The translations under genes were made by a program, and so were the position numbers. The notes under the pieces were generated by a model. It made no database searches, was not told where the DNA came from, and saw only the letters and a list, made by a program, of their open reading frames with translations. From the NCBI GenBank assembly GCA_965645245.1, contig OZ287078.1, positions 1,116,001-1,180,000 on the forward strand: a stretch of DNA of 64,000 nt. The letters are read 5' to 3'. The stretch is from Massalongia carnosa (Eukaryota). Positions 1 to 12,163 of the stretch are shown one piece after another; position 1 is the stretch's first letter, and every line of letters starts with the position of its first letter.

Positions 1-229
1 CCTCCCAAATTTATACATTTTCGGGCTTTTTTCTCGTTCTCGAGTTCTCGATGATACAGAATACATGCAAATACATACTTATAAGCTATGAACAGTAAAA
101 CTATATCGGCTAGTCCACCCTACATGTCTAGATGGATGGATATTTCTGGCATAGGAAGAGAGTTAAAAGAGAAGAAAGGAGAGAACGAGAGAGAAAGAGA
201 ACTTCTGTTAGGTGGGCGATACAAGCATG

Positions 230-1250
230 ATTTTTACATGAGGGGATATGCTTTGCAGAGCGAGAGTTTGTATTTGGAAGGAAGTTGATGGTGGGGAGTT
301 TGGGGGAGGGGTGGGCAGTTGAGCCGCTGAACCAGATGAATTTTGAGGGTAACCGAGATTATGTATTCTCTTTGTTTGTGACAGCCATGTGACCAGAAAA
401 AGTCGGGAATTATAATGGGGAGCTTGAGAGAGGTGGACTGCGCCTCTCTTGCTGCTCTTACGGGAGAATTATGAACGTGGTGTTACGAGCGAACTTGGTC
501 CTCCCTGGGGTTTATCCCCGATTTGTATGTACGAGGATGGCTCTAGTTTGGACCGGGGTCAACATCCGGCTGTCCCCGGTCTGCAAACTCCCTTATAACG
601 AAGAGTATGGTGGGCCTCAGCGGGGGTTTCTGTGGCCTTCAACCACGTATTTCAACCATCGGATCTTGCTGTTGCGCTGTAGAAGCCGCTTCTCTTCAAG
701 GAAGCTTTTGAATGATCCTGCCTTCGGATTGTTATTAAAGCGGGTGGAAGACGGAGGAACCCAGTCATTCTCTCCTTCATGCTCCCGAAGCTTGCGTGCT
801 GATGGGTAGATTGTTGGTGGGAAAACGAAATTGCCTATAAGGCCCCGTTCGGTAACCTCCTTATTGTCAATAAGGAGCCTCCTTCTTGAAAAGATGGAAC
901 CTCCTTATAATGAAAAAGGCCTTCCGTTCGGTTCGGCCTCCTCCTTATTATTTAAGGAGTCTCCTTCGCGGCAAGTTCTATAATTGGTATATTGCAAAGG
1001 GTCTGCAGGGATTGTTGCAGGGGCCAAAGGAGGTGGTCGCGAGGTCCTTTTTTTATTAAGGAGGGTTCTATTTGCCTGTATTCGACGATTGTATGTCTTT
1101 TAAATATGGAACAATACTTGCAGCGACGATCGCAAACAGCGACGGTTATCAATTTAATCTTGATGAGAATTGTTCCTAATCTAATTCTGACTACTCAGCA
1201 TGAGTCGAATAGAGGCAAAGAATATACGACGAGTTTACTTACTTGTCAAT
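230..1250 (-). pseudogene. Decayed, probably RIP-mutated coding-like relic of unknown origin
   Basis: All three minus-strand frames are broken by stops, many of them TAA. Recurrent ATAAGGAGG words could be mutated GAYGAGGAGG acidic codons. There is an imperfect ~80-bp internal duplication and an intron-like GTAAGT...CAAG at ~1243-1159. No family recognised. Confidence 0.3.
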
Positions 1251-1368
1251 AGCTTCTTATTGTAGCCGCGAATAAGACGCTATAAACGCACGGACATCAG
1301 CTTATTCAGGGGTGCAAAAAGGAGCAGTCTTAATGTTATCGAACGACCCTAAAGAGTTTCGGTTATTT

Positions 1369-3100
1369 TTATAGCGATTTCTCCAACACTTTTGCCTTCT
1401 TTTTAGTCCCTAGGTTCCTCCACCGCATGTACACAATCCAAACCCCAACAGTAGTAATCGTGAGCAAGCCGCTGACAGCAAAGTATACCCACCATAAATG
1501 TGAGACAACGTTCTCAGCGTTAGCGTCGAAGTTGAAGATCCCTGCACTGAATATGGCCTGCCGGATATCAGTAAATTTATATCTGTGGAAAATAACTGTA
1601 AAGAGGACATACAGCTACAAACGTCCCGGGGAGAAACACCAACGTTAGGATAGAGACGGTTTTCATGGCTAGACTGTCGCGTTTCGCAGCTGCGGCAATT
1701 TTCTTGGAATCTTTGGCTATAGAAATGTTGGCTTGATTGTCTCGTTGGGAAATCATGCTGTATATCTGCAATAAATCAGTAGGTTACTTTAGCAAAAAGA
1801 TAACCTATCATTCACCACGTTGATCTGTGACTGCACCCGTCGTTGCAACGACTGAGCCTGGTATCTTCGCATATCGGATGCGTTGAGCAGGTAGTCGATA
1901 CTTTCTGACAAACCGTTCTGCACGTCCTCTCCAATGGGTTCACACCCTCTATTGGTGCGAACTAATTCAAGCTTGACAAGTGTCTCCTTTATAAACTTTC
2001 CCAGAGCCATGTCAAAATTAGTGACATTGTCCAAAAAGATAAGGTTCGTATTGCAATGATGCAAAGATTTAATCAGGCGTTCGAAATTTATCTCGGCTTG
2101 ATCGGAGATATTTCTTAATTGTAGGGACGTCATTCCCGTTTGGCCTTCCATGTGAACAACTTGGTCATCGCTGTGCGCTCGTTCTACTTCACAGGCATTG
2201 CCAAACTCTTCGAAGATAATAATCAAAAATGCCAGTGGGTTCTCGTGAACTAATTGTCGACGCTCATGTAGTCGTTCTATGAGACGGGACATCATCACTC
2301 TTTGATCCCAATGATCTCTAAGGAAAATAAGCCCTATAGAAGAGCAATCAAGAATGTTTATCCGCATAACAAGAGAGAAGTTACAGATAGCGGAGTATGG
2401 TGGTTGGATAATAACAGCTGTTCAAATGTCAGCCCTTGAGAATGTTCGTTTCGGCAGCAGCGAAGATATTGAACTCACATAAAAAGGAAGGCCTGGGTTT
2501 GTTCCCTATTTTCTCGTAACCAAGAAACGAAGAGAATGTGCCATTGCTTGATAGAATTATTTCCGCGAATATTCTTGGAAAGCCACAGCCACTTATAACT
2601 TGCTTGAAAAAACTTTTCCCAACGTTTAGCAAGACTCGACCGCTGCCATTAGCAGATCCTATACTTATCGCCATTTTTAGCCGTGTCACATTTTGATACC
2701 TACTCTGTCTAAAATATAGCCAAATTGGACATACATAAGCCTAAAATTCGCTTTGACTCCTTCGGATGTATTCAAGTTCTCGGTCAGTGGTGCTACGCAG
2801 GTGGAAAACTGATTGGTAAATCTTCCATCGATTAAATACTATAGGGGAGATTGAGCATACCACGTCAGGCAATGAATCTTTGAGATCAGCGTCTGAACTC
2901 CATTCAAGACTCCCGGCTTCTAAAGGGTTGACATGGTAAGCATGCAAGTCTTTTGAACAAAGACAAAGCCGCAGTATGAAGATGTAGTTATAAAATGGAG
3001 TACCTCTTCTCGCCTGATTTGAATCATAATAATAAAACCGTGGATTATCATCGTCGAAAGAAAGGCTGTCTAAAGCCTTGGTATAAGAAGAATCATCCAT
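1369..3100 (-). CDS. CorA/Mg2+-transporter-like fungal membrane protein (multi-exon)
   Basis: ORF pieces 2741-3100, 2429-2689, 1789-2367 and 1577-1771 join through GT-AG introns. The C-terminus SQRDNQANISIAKDS..AAKRDSLAMKTVSILTLVFLPGTFVA|AIFSAGIFNF...WWVYFAVSGLLT is the typical two-helix tail of fungal CorA-like proteins. Stop TAA at 1369-1371. Confidence 0.75.
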
Positions 3101-3531
3101 ATTCAGCTCAAGTTGCTATGCTTAAAACTCGTTCTTGAACACTCTACGTATTTCGTGGACAACCAGACCCCAGGTACTAAGTAGCTAATGGGACAAGATC
3201 ATATATTTCTTGCAAAAATAAATGTGGGGATATCGGCACAAACAATATGACTCAAAACAAGAACACTACTTCTTATTAGAAAAAATAACTGGTCCCATCA
3301 AACATATCAAGTTGATCTTCATGAGATGAACGACTCCGGAAACAAACGTGGGAACCTTCTAAATATGAATCACGTGGAGATCCGTTGATTACCTAACATC
3401 GTCTTTATCCTTAATGATTCTAAACACCCATTGGACTTTACCAAGACTCATGGTTGAAAATGCCTGCCTTACTAAATTTGCGGCTTTGATTAGCTATGGG
3501 CAGAAGAATTGCTCTTCCTGGGACGACACAA

Positions 3532-5100
3532 ATGTCTAGAGTAACAGTTGTCCAGGCGCTGCTATGCCTTTCCATCGCTGGCCATGTTGCAGCCCATGAG
3601 CATCACTCAGATGACATACCAGAGGGAGAGGGCATATCTGCTGAACCCATTGCATGCATTCCTCTCAATCAGCTATAAACCAAGACCCTAACTCTAAATA
3701 CAGGATTCTACATTATGGATCCATATTGCGCTGCAGATATTCTCTTTCGGCCTTATATTTCCTACCGGCATGGTTCTTGGAGTATGGCTTCTCCATTAGA
3801 GACTCAGCTATTCGCTGATAGATTTGCTGCTAGATTGTCCGTTCTCGGTGGCATGTTCCTCTCCAAACTCTTGGCGTTGCAATCGCCTTAGTAGGCTATT
3901 TCCTCGGCCATGCACACGGTGGCCGTCAGTTCGCCCCTAATGTGCACTCCGGATTTGCCTTCACTCTTATGGCCATCCTCGCCGTTCAAGCTGTATTCGG
4001 CATCTACCTGAAACTTCACCTGCAAAAGGGCATTCATGCCCGACTACATCGATATACGGTGATAGCGCATGGAGTTGTTGGGAAAGCCTTGCCAGTAGTA
4101 AGCTGGGTGCAGATGCTCTTTGGAGGCATCACAGCCTTGGGGTTCTGTAGAGACGACCACCTAGGCCAATGCCTGGCGCATTTTATAATGGGAAGCGCAT
4201 TCATAGGCTACGGGATCATCCTTACAATCATTTTGCTGGTTGGTCAAGTCTGGCTCAAACGCACCGGCCGGAGCCAAGAATTTTTCGATAGCTGGCTCAT
4301 TGCTGCTTGGGGATGTGTGAACACTTTCACAGAGCACCGCTGGGGAAGCCCATGGGTCAAGAATGACCTGCAACACACAAGTATGGGCATTGTGTGGTGG
4401 TGCGCAGGACTGCTGGGGGTGTGGCAATCGAGGAAAAGGGATGGCCGACCGAAGCGCAATCTCATCCCGGGCATCGTCATTTTGATCACCGGGTGGGCCA
4501 TGAGTGCGCATCCGCAGGGGCTGGAATTGAGCACGAAGGTTCACAGCGTGTTTGGATACACGCTCATGGCAGCTGGAGCTGCGCGGATCATCGAGATTGC
4601 CTTTGTTCTTCGGGACCGTAACTCGGTGTCAGCAATTGACGGGGAAGAGACAAATAGCTGGCAATATCTGACCCCTTTTGTAAGTCCATTTGCATTTCTC
4701 TGTCGTTATAAAACTACTTTAAAGTTGCAAAATTTCCCGGCTGCAAGCTAACAGTTCTACTTGCCAGCTTTTGTACACCTCCGGCATAATCTTTATCTCT
4801 GCCACAGAAGAGCAAATGGCCTTACTCGCCACCGCGCACGTCTCGCATGTCTCATATATCCTCCTCCTCTACAGCCTATCTTTCCTTCTCTTTTTATTTG
4901 TCTCTCTACTCCTGCATCTATATGCCACACATACCTTCCCTCCTGCTGAACTAAAATCCGCAAATGGCTCCCTTGGAGAGAGAGGCGTCACCGGACATGC
5001 AGGAGTAATGGCGAGAGACGCGGAAGAGTTTGAGTTGGAAGGCTTGATTAGTGACGATGAAGAGGAAACTTTGGGAAAGGTAAATGGAAGGGTTGGGTAA
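3532..5100 (+). CDS. YTP1: YTP1-like polytopic membrane protein (DUF2427/Ytp1 domains)
   Basis: Signal peptide followed by HEHH, then EPI|DSTLWIHI, RSRWHVPLQ, GFCRDDHLGQCLAHFIMGSAF and EHRWG...DLQHTSMG. Introns at 3652-3703 (GC-AG), ~3782-3833 and ~4700-4768. An alternative in-frame ATG lies at 3496. Confidence 0.85.
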
Positions 5101-5563
5101 GCTGGATTTGGGAGACTTGGATTGGGAAAGGGAAGCTGGGAGTTTTTGTAATCTAGCCTGAAAGGAATACATACCTAGCTATCTACTTGATAGGCTTGGT
5201 TTACTTTGAATCTCTGCTATATCTCAAAGTACAGTGTGGCTTTGACTGTAAAACGATTAGTTAGAGAAATAGTGCAATTGATGACAAACTAGCGTGTCAG
5301 CAGCCCTAATTATTAGCACTCACGCACTCAACTTCCACACTAACCAAATCAGGCTTAATATCAGCTTTAGAGTTGCTAACAATACCTAATAATAAAAGTC
5401 ATCAAGACTGATCTGGTTAGTCTAGAAGGGAGATGCTAATTCACTGATATTATCTAATTCCGATCTCAGCTGCCGCAGCTGTCTGACTTGGCTTGATCAG
5501 TCTAGAAATATATTCCTTGCCAAATCTCCTACCTTAAAGAACCGTAGAGCAGTAGATTTCATA

Positions 5564-6610
5564 ATGCCTCGCGCCGAGGTAGGCTCTACCAAGTACCTCA
5601 ACAATAAGCTAAAATCGAAGGGTTTACAAAGGCTTCGATGGTATTGCCAGGTAGTTCCAGTTACCTTCTTCATTCACTATCGTAACTAATCCTTTCCTCA
5701 GGTCTGTGAGAAGCAAACGCGAGATGAGAATGGTTTCAAGTGTCACACCCAATCGGAATCACACGTGCGGCAAATGCTACTGGTTGGCGAGGACCCTCGT
5801 AAGCACATTTCGGATTACAGCAACCAGTTCCAGCGCGACTTCCTCCAACTCCTCAGAACTTCTCATGGCGAAAAAAATATGCATATGAACCACTTCTACC
5901 AAGAATACATTTCTAACAAGGAACATATACATATGAACTCAACACGGTGGCCATCTCTGACTGAATTTGCAAAACACTTGGGAAGGGAAGGTCTATGCCG
6001 GGTAGAGGACAATGAAAAAGGACTGCATATTTCCTGGATAGATAACAGTCCAGAGGCTTTGAGGAGACAGGATGCTATTCGGAAGAAGGAGAGGCAGGAC
6101 AAAGGAGATGAAGAGAGGGAACAAAGGCTGATAAAAGAGCAAATTGAGAGGGCAGAACTGGATGCCGAAGAAAAGGCGAATGATAGTGAAGATGATCAAT
6201 TAAGAGCGCTGAAGAGGGAGGAAGGTGAGAAAATCACGCTAAACTTTGGCAACAAACAGAAAGAGGCCAAGAACGCCGTGACCCCTGTCTCATCTACTGA
6301 TGAAGACACCGGTGGTGGTGAATCAACGGGAATGGAGGATGGATTGTTAATTTCACCCTTAGCAGCCATGACGAAAACCTCATCCGAGAAGGTATCCTTA
6401 AAAATAGGCATCAGTAACAAGCCAAAGAACGTGTTCGCTGGAAGAACAAAAAATAATGCATTTGGGATAGTTAAGACAAAATTAAAGGAGGCGCCTAAGA
6501 AACCCATGAGCGAGGCAGAGAGGATTATGAGGGAGGAGATAGATCGAAAGCGGGTACGGGAAGCAAATGGGTTTGTTGGTGTGGGTTCGAAGCGGCAAAA
6601 AGTCTCGTAA
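5564..6610 (+). CDS. RTS2: KIN17/Rts2 zinc-finger DNA/RNA-binding protein
   Basis: MPRAEVGSTK...KSKGLQRLRWYCQ|VCEKQTRDENGFKCHTQSESH C2H2 finger, and HIHMNSTRWPSLTEF of the Kin17 middle domain. One intron at 5651-5701. Confidence 0.92.
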
Positions 6611-6972
6611 AATATGATTGATCTTTGGACATGGAATATGGATGGGTTGGGACTTGAAGCGTGAGAAAGTTTAACAGAAAGCGTCAACAACTCATGACGT
6701 GACACGACTTTTTAAATGCTCTATGACTAGGACAAACTGAGGAGACGATTAATGTCATTTGAATGACAATATATCTGCAATAGTGTATATAACACTTCGT
6801 CATACGTGTCAGAAATGCCGATTAATTGGCGCATTTAATCAGCCCTACAGCTCTAATTTATTTTATCAAGCTGCCACGAAGCATTTTTATTTCCTCCCAG
6901 CTTCTTTTAACGGAACAACAAAACTTGATAGCAATTCATCACATACCATTCTCTTCACTTCTGTATCGTAAT

Positions 6973-8275
6973 ATGGACGACTTCTGGGCAGCTCCTCCAG
7001 TTTCGAGGTTCGTCTTGATGCCTTTTGCTCGCCAACTCTTACAAGCTGCTTTCTCTGATGCTGATGAATAGGACTTTGACAGCTTTGACGCTCTCGACTT
7101 CAGTTTTGGTATACGGTGGCCTTCTTGATGGCTCTCGAGTTGTTTTCTATCTACCTTGGATTTTGAAGTTTCCAATGCCTGAAATATGGCGTTTGGTTAC
7201 CCCGTTCTGGATCACAGGGTCTGGCCTTGGTATTTTATTTGACACCTATTTCTGTAAGTCTCCGATTAATTATCTATGACATATGATGGTAATGGCCATC
7301 AGTATGGACTTACTCAAGTGCCCTGGAGAAGGAATCTCCCCGCTTTGGTCGACCGGGGGATTATTTCACTTACATCAACTTTCTTGGAGCCATAATTTTG
7401 GTAAGTGTAATGATACTCTCTATCTGGCTCTCCTTTCTGTGAAGCATGCCATCATTATGCTTAGTTTCTCTTGTGTTGAGTTACACCTCGCATTATCTGC
7501 CCGCCCAGTCATGCTCTAGCTGAAGCGGTTCCTGGAGACGAGGAAGATCGCCCTTGCATTTCACGTAGGTCCGTCATTCGCAATCAATCCAAAGGGCTTA
7601 CGTGAGGTGTGGGCATGGTGGAAGTGCAATTTGAGAATAAACCTGCGCGATCTTCGGATATTTGTGTATGGTGGTTGGCATTTCCTACAGACCGTCATCT
7701 CATATCAGTTTGTTCCGTGTTGGCTTGCTTCCTAACAGTCTGCCCTACGATCAGGCTAACCATTTCAACAGTTAACAGCTGGTGGTATTCTCCAATCCAG
7801 GGTGCTTTTATCAGGTAACTTCATCTTTGTGTTGTACACAATCCTTGCGCTGACCATTTCAGCACTGATTCTGGGTTTGGCATATACATATTCACAAGAT
7901 AACAAGAACAAAAAGGTTTCGTTTTTTATAATCACTTTTAATGCAATGTGGCTACCATGGGCCATGATGTTGATGACGTTTATAATGGCTGGGCCTGGAG
8001 CAGCTATGGCTCAAGCAACTGGGCTTGTCGCAGCACATCTCTACGACTTCCTTACGCGCCTGTACCCAACCTTTCGGGGTGGAAGAAACTATGTTTCAAC
8101 CCCAAGGTTTGTGCTGCGCTGGTTTGGCGGAGATCGTCCTAACATCCAGTCAAGAGGATATGGGGCTGCGTTCAGGCCTGCGGCTCAACAGCCAGCTCAG
8201 GCAACAACCAGTGGATTTAGTGGTTTTTCGAGTGCTTGGAGCAGGGGTCAAGGGCGACGACTAGGAGGAGACTGA
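6973..8275 (+). CDS. Derlin (Der1/Dfm1 family ERAD membrane protein)
   Basis: MDDFWAAPPVSR, EIWRLVTPF, GLVAAHLYDFL and a C-terminal SHP-like box RGQGRRLGGD. Four introns: ~7008-7071, 7254-7302, 7401-7771 and 7815-7862. Confidence 0.9.
7470..7771 (+). ncRNA. Candidate structured intronic RNA (snoRNA-like) in derlin intron 3
   Basis: The intron is 371 nt, while most introns here are 45-70 nt. A 17-bp helix pairs 7556-7572 with 7594-7610, and another pairs 7491-7504 with 7608-7620. There is a UUCG-capped hairpin at ~7650-7659 and an H-box-like AGAATA at 7634-7639. Ends and identity are uncertain. Confidence 0.5.
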
Positions 8276-8514
8276 ATAGCTGTATATTTATAGAATCCAC
8301 GCTTCATGTTCGATTAGCTATGTTTTTCACCATTACGGAATAGATAATGTCTAAAAAGTAAATGAAATGAATTTGCCTGCAGACACTCAAATACGCACTA
8401 GACCTAAAAGATTAAGTTTTCACACAAAATTTCTAGGACGAAGACGCGAGCTCCACATGCAAATATACACTCATTACCCTGATCATTGCGATTGCGTATT
8501 AAAACAAAGCCACG

Positions 8515-10127
8515 ATGGCTATGGTAGTCGCAAAAGGGGAGGAAGAATACCTCATCAAACCGGAAGCTAGTACTCCAGCTGTTAATACAAGTGACTGGCC
8601 GCTGCTCTTAAAAAACTACAATCAACTGCTTGTCCGCACTGGACATTTCACTCCTATACCCGTGGGATGCACGCCTCTAAAACGTGATCTCAAATCATAT
8701 ATTAGTTCTGGTGTTATTAATCTTGATAAACCCTCAAATCCTTCGAGCCATGAGGTGGTAGCATGGGTAAAGCGCATGCTGAGGTATGTACAGCGGGACT
8801 TTATGTTCATCAAGTACTGAAGCTAAGTGTGAGAAGGATCGAGAAAACAGGGCATAGCGGAACACTCGATCCAAAAGTTACCGGTTGCCTCATCGTCTGC
8901 CTTGATCGTGCTACTCGTCTTGTCAAGTCTCAACAGGGTGCAGGAAAGGAATACGTCTGCGTAATACGCCTGCATGATAAGCTACCTGGCGGGGAAGCTC
9001 AGCTTGCGCGAGCTCTGGAGACACTTACCGGGGCGCTTTTCCAGCGGCCGCCTCTCATTTCTGCTGTCAAGAGGCAACTACGAATACGAACAATCCATGA
9101 AAGTAAGCTCTATGAATTTGACAATGACAGGCATCTTGGCGTCTTCTGGGTGAGTTGTGAAGCGGGAACGTATATTCGAACATTATGTGTACATCTAGGG
9201 CTTTTGTTAGGCGTGGGAGCACACATGCAAGAGTTGCGGAGAGTTAGAAGTGGAGCAATGGACGAGAAGGATGGCATGGTGACCTTGCATGATGTTCTCG
9301 ATGCGCAATGGATGCAGGATAATACGAGGGACGAGTCATATTTACGGAAAGTCATTCGGCCGCTAGAGAGTCTATTAACAACGTACAAAAGAATTGTGGT
9401 TAAGGACAGTGCTGTCAATGCTGTATGTTATGGAGCAAAACTCATGATACCTGGACTACTCAGATATGGTAAGTTGTTCTTAAACATATCATAGCCCTTC
9501 AAGTCTGAACTTCTCTAGAATCCGGCATTGAAGTTCATGAAGAGGTGGTTCTTATGACTACTAAAGGCGAGGCAATAGCCTTGGGCATAGCGCAAATGTC
9601 AACAGTGGAGTTATCGTCCTGCGACCATGGTGTAGTTGCCAAGGTCAAGAGATGCATCATGGAGCGGGATTTATATCCAAGACGATGGGGTCTAGGCCCT
9701 GTTGCGTTAGAAAAGAAGAAGATGAAGTCTGACGGCAAACTCGACGTAAGTCTCGAACTATTTATCCCTGTCAATATATTTTCAATGCTGACCTCTGAAG
9801 AAATACGGGAGAGTAAATGAAGCAACTCCAGCCAAGTGGCAGAAGGAGTACACGGACTTTACTGCACCCTTAGAGAATGGTGTAGCACCACCTTCAGCAA
9901 AGTCTCTAGAACAACCACCCACATCAAATCCTGAGCCTACCAAGGATAACGCGCAAGGATCCTTGCCCAAAGCAGTCGATTCACAGGCGCAAAAAGAAGA
10001 TGGGGATTCAAAGAAGCGGAAAAGGCATGAAGGCGAAACGGCGGAAGAGAAAACAGAACGCAAGAAGAAGAAGAAAGAGAGAAAGGAGAAAAAGAAGTCG
10101 AAAAAGGGGGATTCCGACAGCGAGTGA
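8515..10127 (+). CDS. CBF5: H/ACA snoRNP pseudouridine synthase Cbf5/dyskerin
   Basis: [19 protein letters not shown], the catalytic [14 protein letters not shown] motif, a PUA domain and a lysine-rich tail. Introns at ~8784-8836, 9469-9518 and 9746-9800. Confidence 0.97.
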
Positions 10128-10683
10128 ACAAACCATTGAGGAGGAATTATTGAAGGCGTTGCCAGCTGTACTGTAGCTTGAAACTCCTACATGCGAGGAT
10201 GTGAAGATACCCTGAGGGATTGGCTAGTATCTTGTGCGTAAAGTCTTAGGATCAGTTGGGTTTCGATCGCCCTGAAATTACGGGGAATTTCGAATTCTTT
10301 GGTGTTTAAATATAACCTTTACACGTGAATGCAAGGCCAAACAGGATATATACCCTCTCGTGACTGCCCCCAAGCATCCTTCATAAGCAAACATTGAATA
10401 TATGAGCTCTTTTTGTTGACAACGTTTTTGTCAAGGTGCCGATAGGGGGTAGAAAAGGGAGAGAAAAAGCGGCAATCCGGCGGATGGCAGTTTCTCCGTT
10501 CTGATTCCCCGCCATGCTGCATCACATGCGTGTACATATTAATTATCGGGGCAGCATCTAGGACTACACTTTTGGTGACTATAGTTTTAGACCTCTCAAT
10601 CCTTAAGCAGGACGACTTAAGATACGAGCTCTATTTAAGCTTCAAGTGTTACTACACCCTTCAAACTGTACAAGCTCCAGGAC

Positions 10684-12062
10684 ATGGCAGAGCTAACAAC
10701 AACAAAGCTCAATGCAGAGAGCCACCTACTCCTTGTAAGTTTCCTATCTTGGCAACAGAAGGTATGGCGTTAATTCAGGAGATCTACTATTAGGACCAAC
10801 CCCTTCTCCGCCTCCCTCATGAACTTGCCCGCAAAAATTTCAAGACTGCTCAAAGATATGTAGAACGGGAACGAGATGTCATTCTCTCAGCACTCAAGTC
10901 CGCAGCTAATGCTTCGCTTGCCGGGAAAAACGCAGCCCAGACTGTATCTTCCCTCAATAACATGATACATCGTATGCAAGGCCTAAAGCGAAAGTTGGAA
11001 ACCCTGCACGGAGAAGAAAAGATGCTGCATCAGCACTCGAGGAAGCGGTTGGAACATCTTCAAGACCTTTATGAGATTCCGAGCCTCGCAGATTTTAAGT
11101 ATGACCAGTGGTCGAAGATTCGGCTAAACAGGTTGCTGGTGGACTACTTGTTGAGAAGCGGCTACGGGGAAAGTGCACGGACGTTGGCACGGGAAAAGGA
11201 CATTGAGAATTTGGTCGACTTAGACGTCTTTGTGCAATGTCATCAAATCGAAGAAAGCTTGCGAAGAAAAAGTACACAGGAATGTTTGGCGTGGTGTGCG
11301 GAGCACCGGCCGATGATGAAAAAGACTAGCGTGATGTTTCTCCCAATTGTATAAATATGGTGCAGGATACTGACAGTTAGGGGTTGCAGAACAATCTGGA
11401 ATTCGAGTTGCGGCTGCAACAATACATTGAGCTTCGCCGCAATGGAGAGCTCCTGGAGGCAAGGCAGCATGCCCGAAAGTACATAGCACCACATACAGAG
11501 ACACATTTCACGGAAATACACAGAGCAGCAGGCCTACTTGCGTACTCTCCACATACGCAGGTAGAACCATACAAGGTATATTACTTCCCTTCACTCAACG
11601 TTTCAAGAAAGTCCATTCGCTCAATAGCTGCAGACTATGTACTCGCAGTCTCGATGGAATTTTCTTGCCGGCCTCTTCGTGCGGACTCATCATGAGCTTT
11701 TTTCGCTTCCCGCAAAACCGCTTCTACATATTGCTCTTTCCGCAGGCCTTTCGGCATTGAAGACCCCTGCCTGTCATTCCAAATACGCAAGCAGCAGTTC
11801 CAATGCAAGGTCCTCCACAACTTCAGTCTGCCCGATTTGCTCCGTGGAACTTAATGAGCTCGCACGTGACCTGCCGTATGCCCATCATACCAAGAGCCAT
11901 GTCGAGAACGATCCAGTAATGTTGCCAAACGGTAGAGTGTACGGGCGAGACCGGCTGCTGCAGATGAGCGCAAAACTCGATCTTGGAGCCGGTCACATTA
12001 GAGACCCAACCACCGGCGTGGTCTATGAGACAGACGAGATGCGCAAGGTGTATATTTCATGA
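10684..12062 (+). CDS. FYV10: GID/CTLH E3 ligase subunit Fyv10/Gid9 (MAEA)
   Basis: LDQPLLRLPHELARKNFK, the LisH motif RLNRLLVDYLLRSGY, CTLH/CRA LEFELRLQQYIEL, and a degenerate RING ALSAGLSALKTPAC...CPICS...LPYAHH. Three introns. Confidence 0.93.
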
Positions 12063-12163
12063 TTTTCCAACCGAGTATTATTGTTTCGTTGAACACAGCG
12101 GCTTAGCGATGGCGTCGAGATCAAGGCGGTTATATTATGTTTGACCATGTCCATCGCTCTCAG

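Noticed and set aside
7401..7771. TPP riboswitch, hammerhead ribozyme, U3 or RNase MRP identity for the derlin intron
   Set aside because: It lacks the TPP CTGAGA/ATACC core and the hammerhead CTGANGA...GAAA core. ACGAGGAAGA resembles U3 box C' but boxes A, B and D are missing. GGGCTTAC resembles MRP CR-V but has no properly spaced CR-I partner and is explained by a local hairpin.
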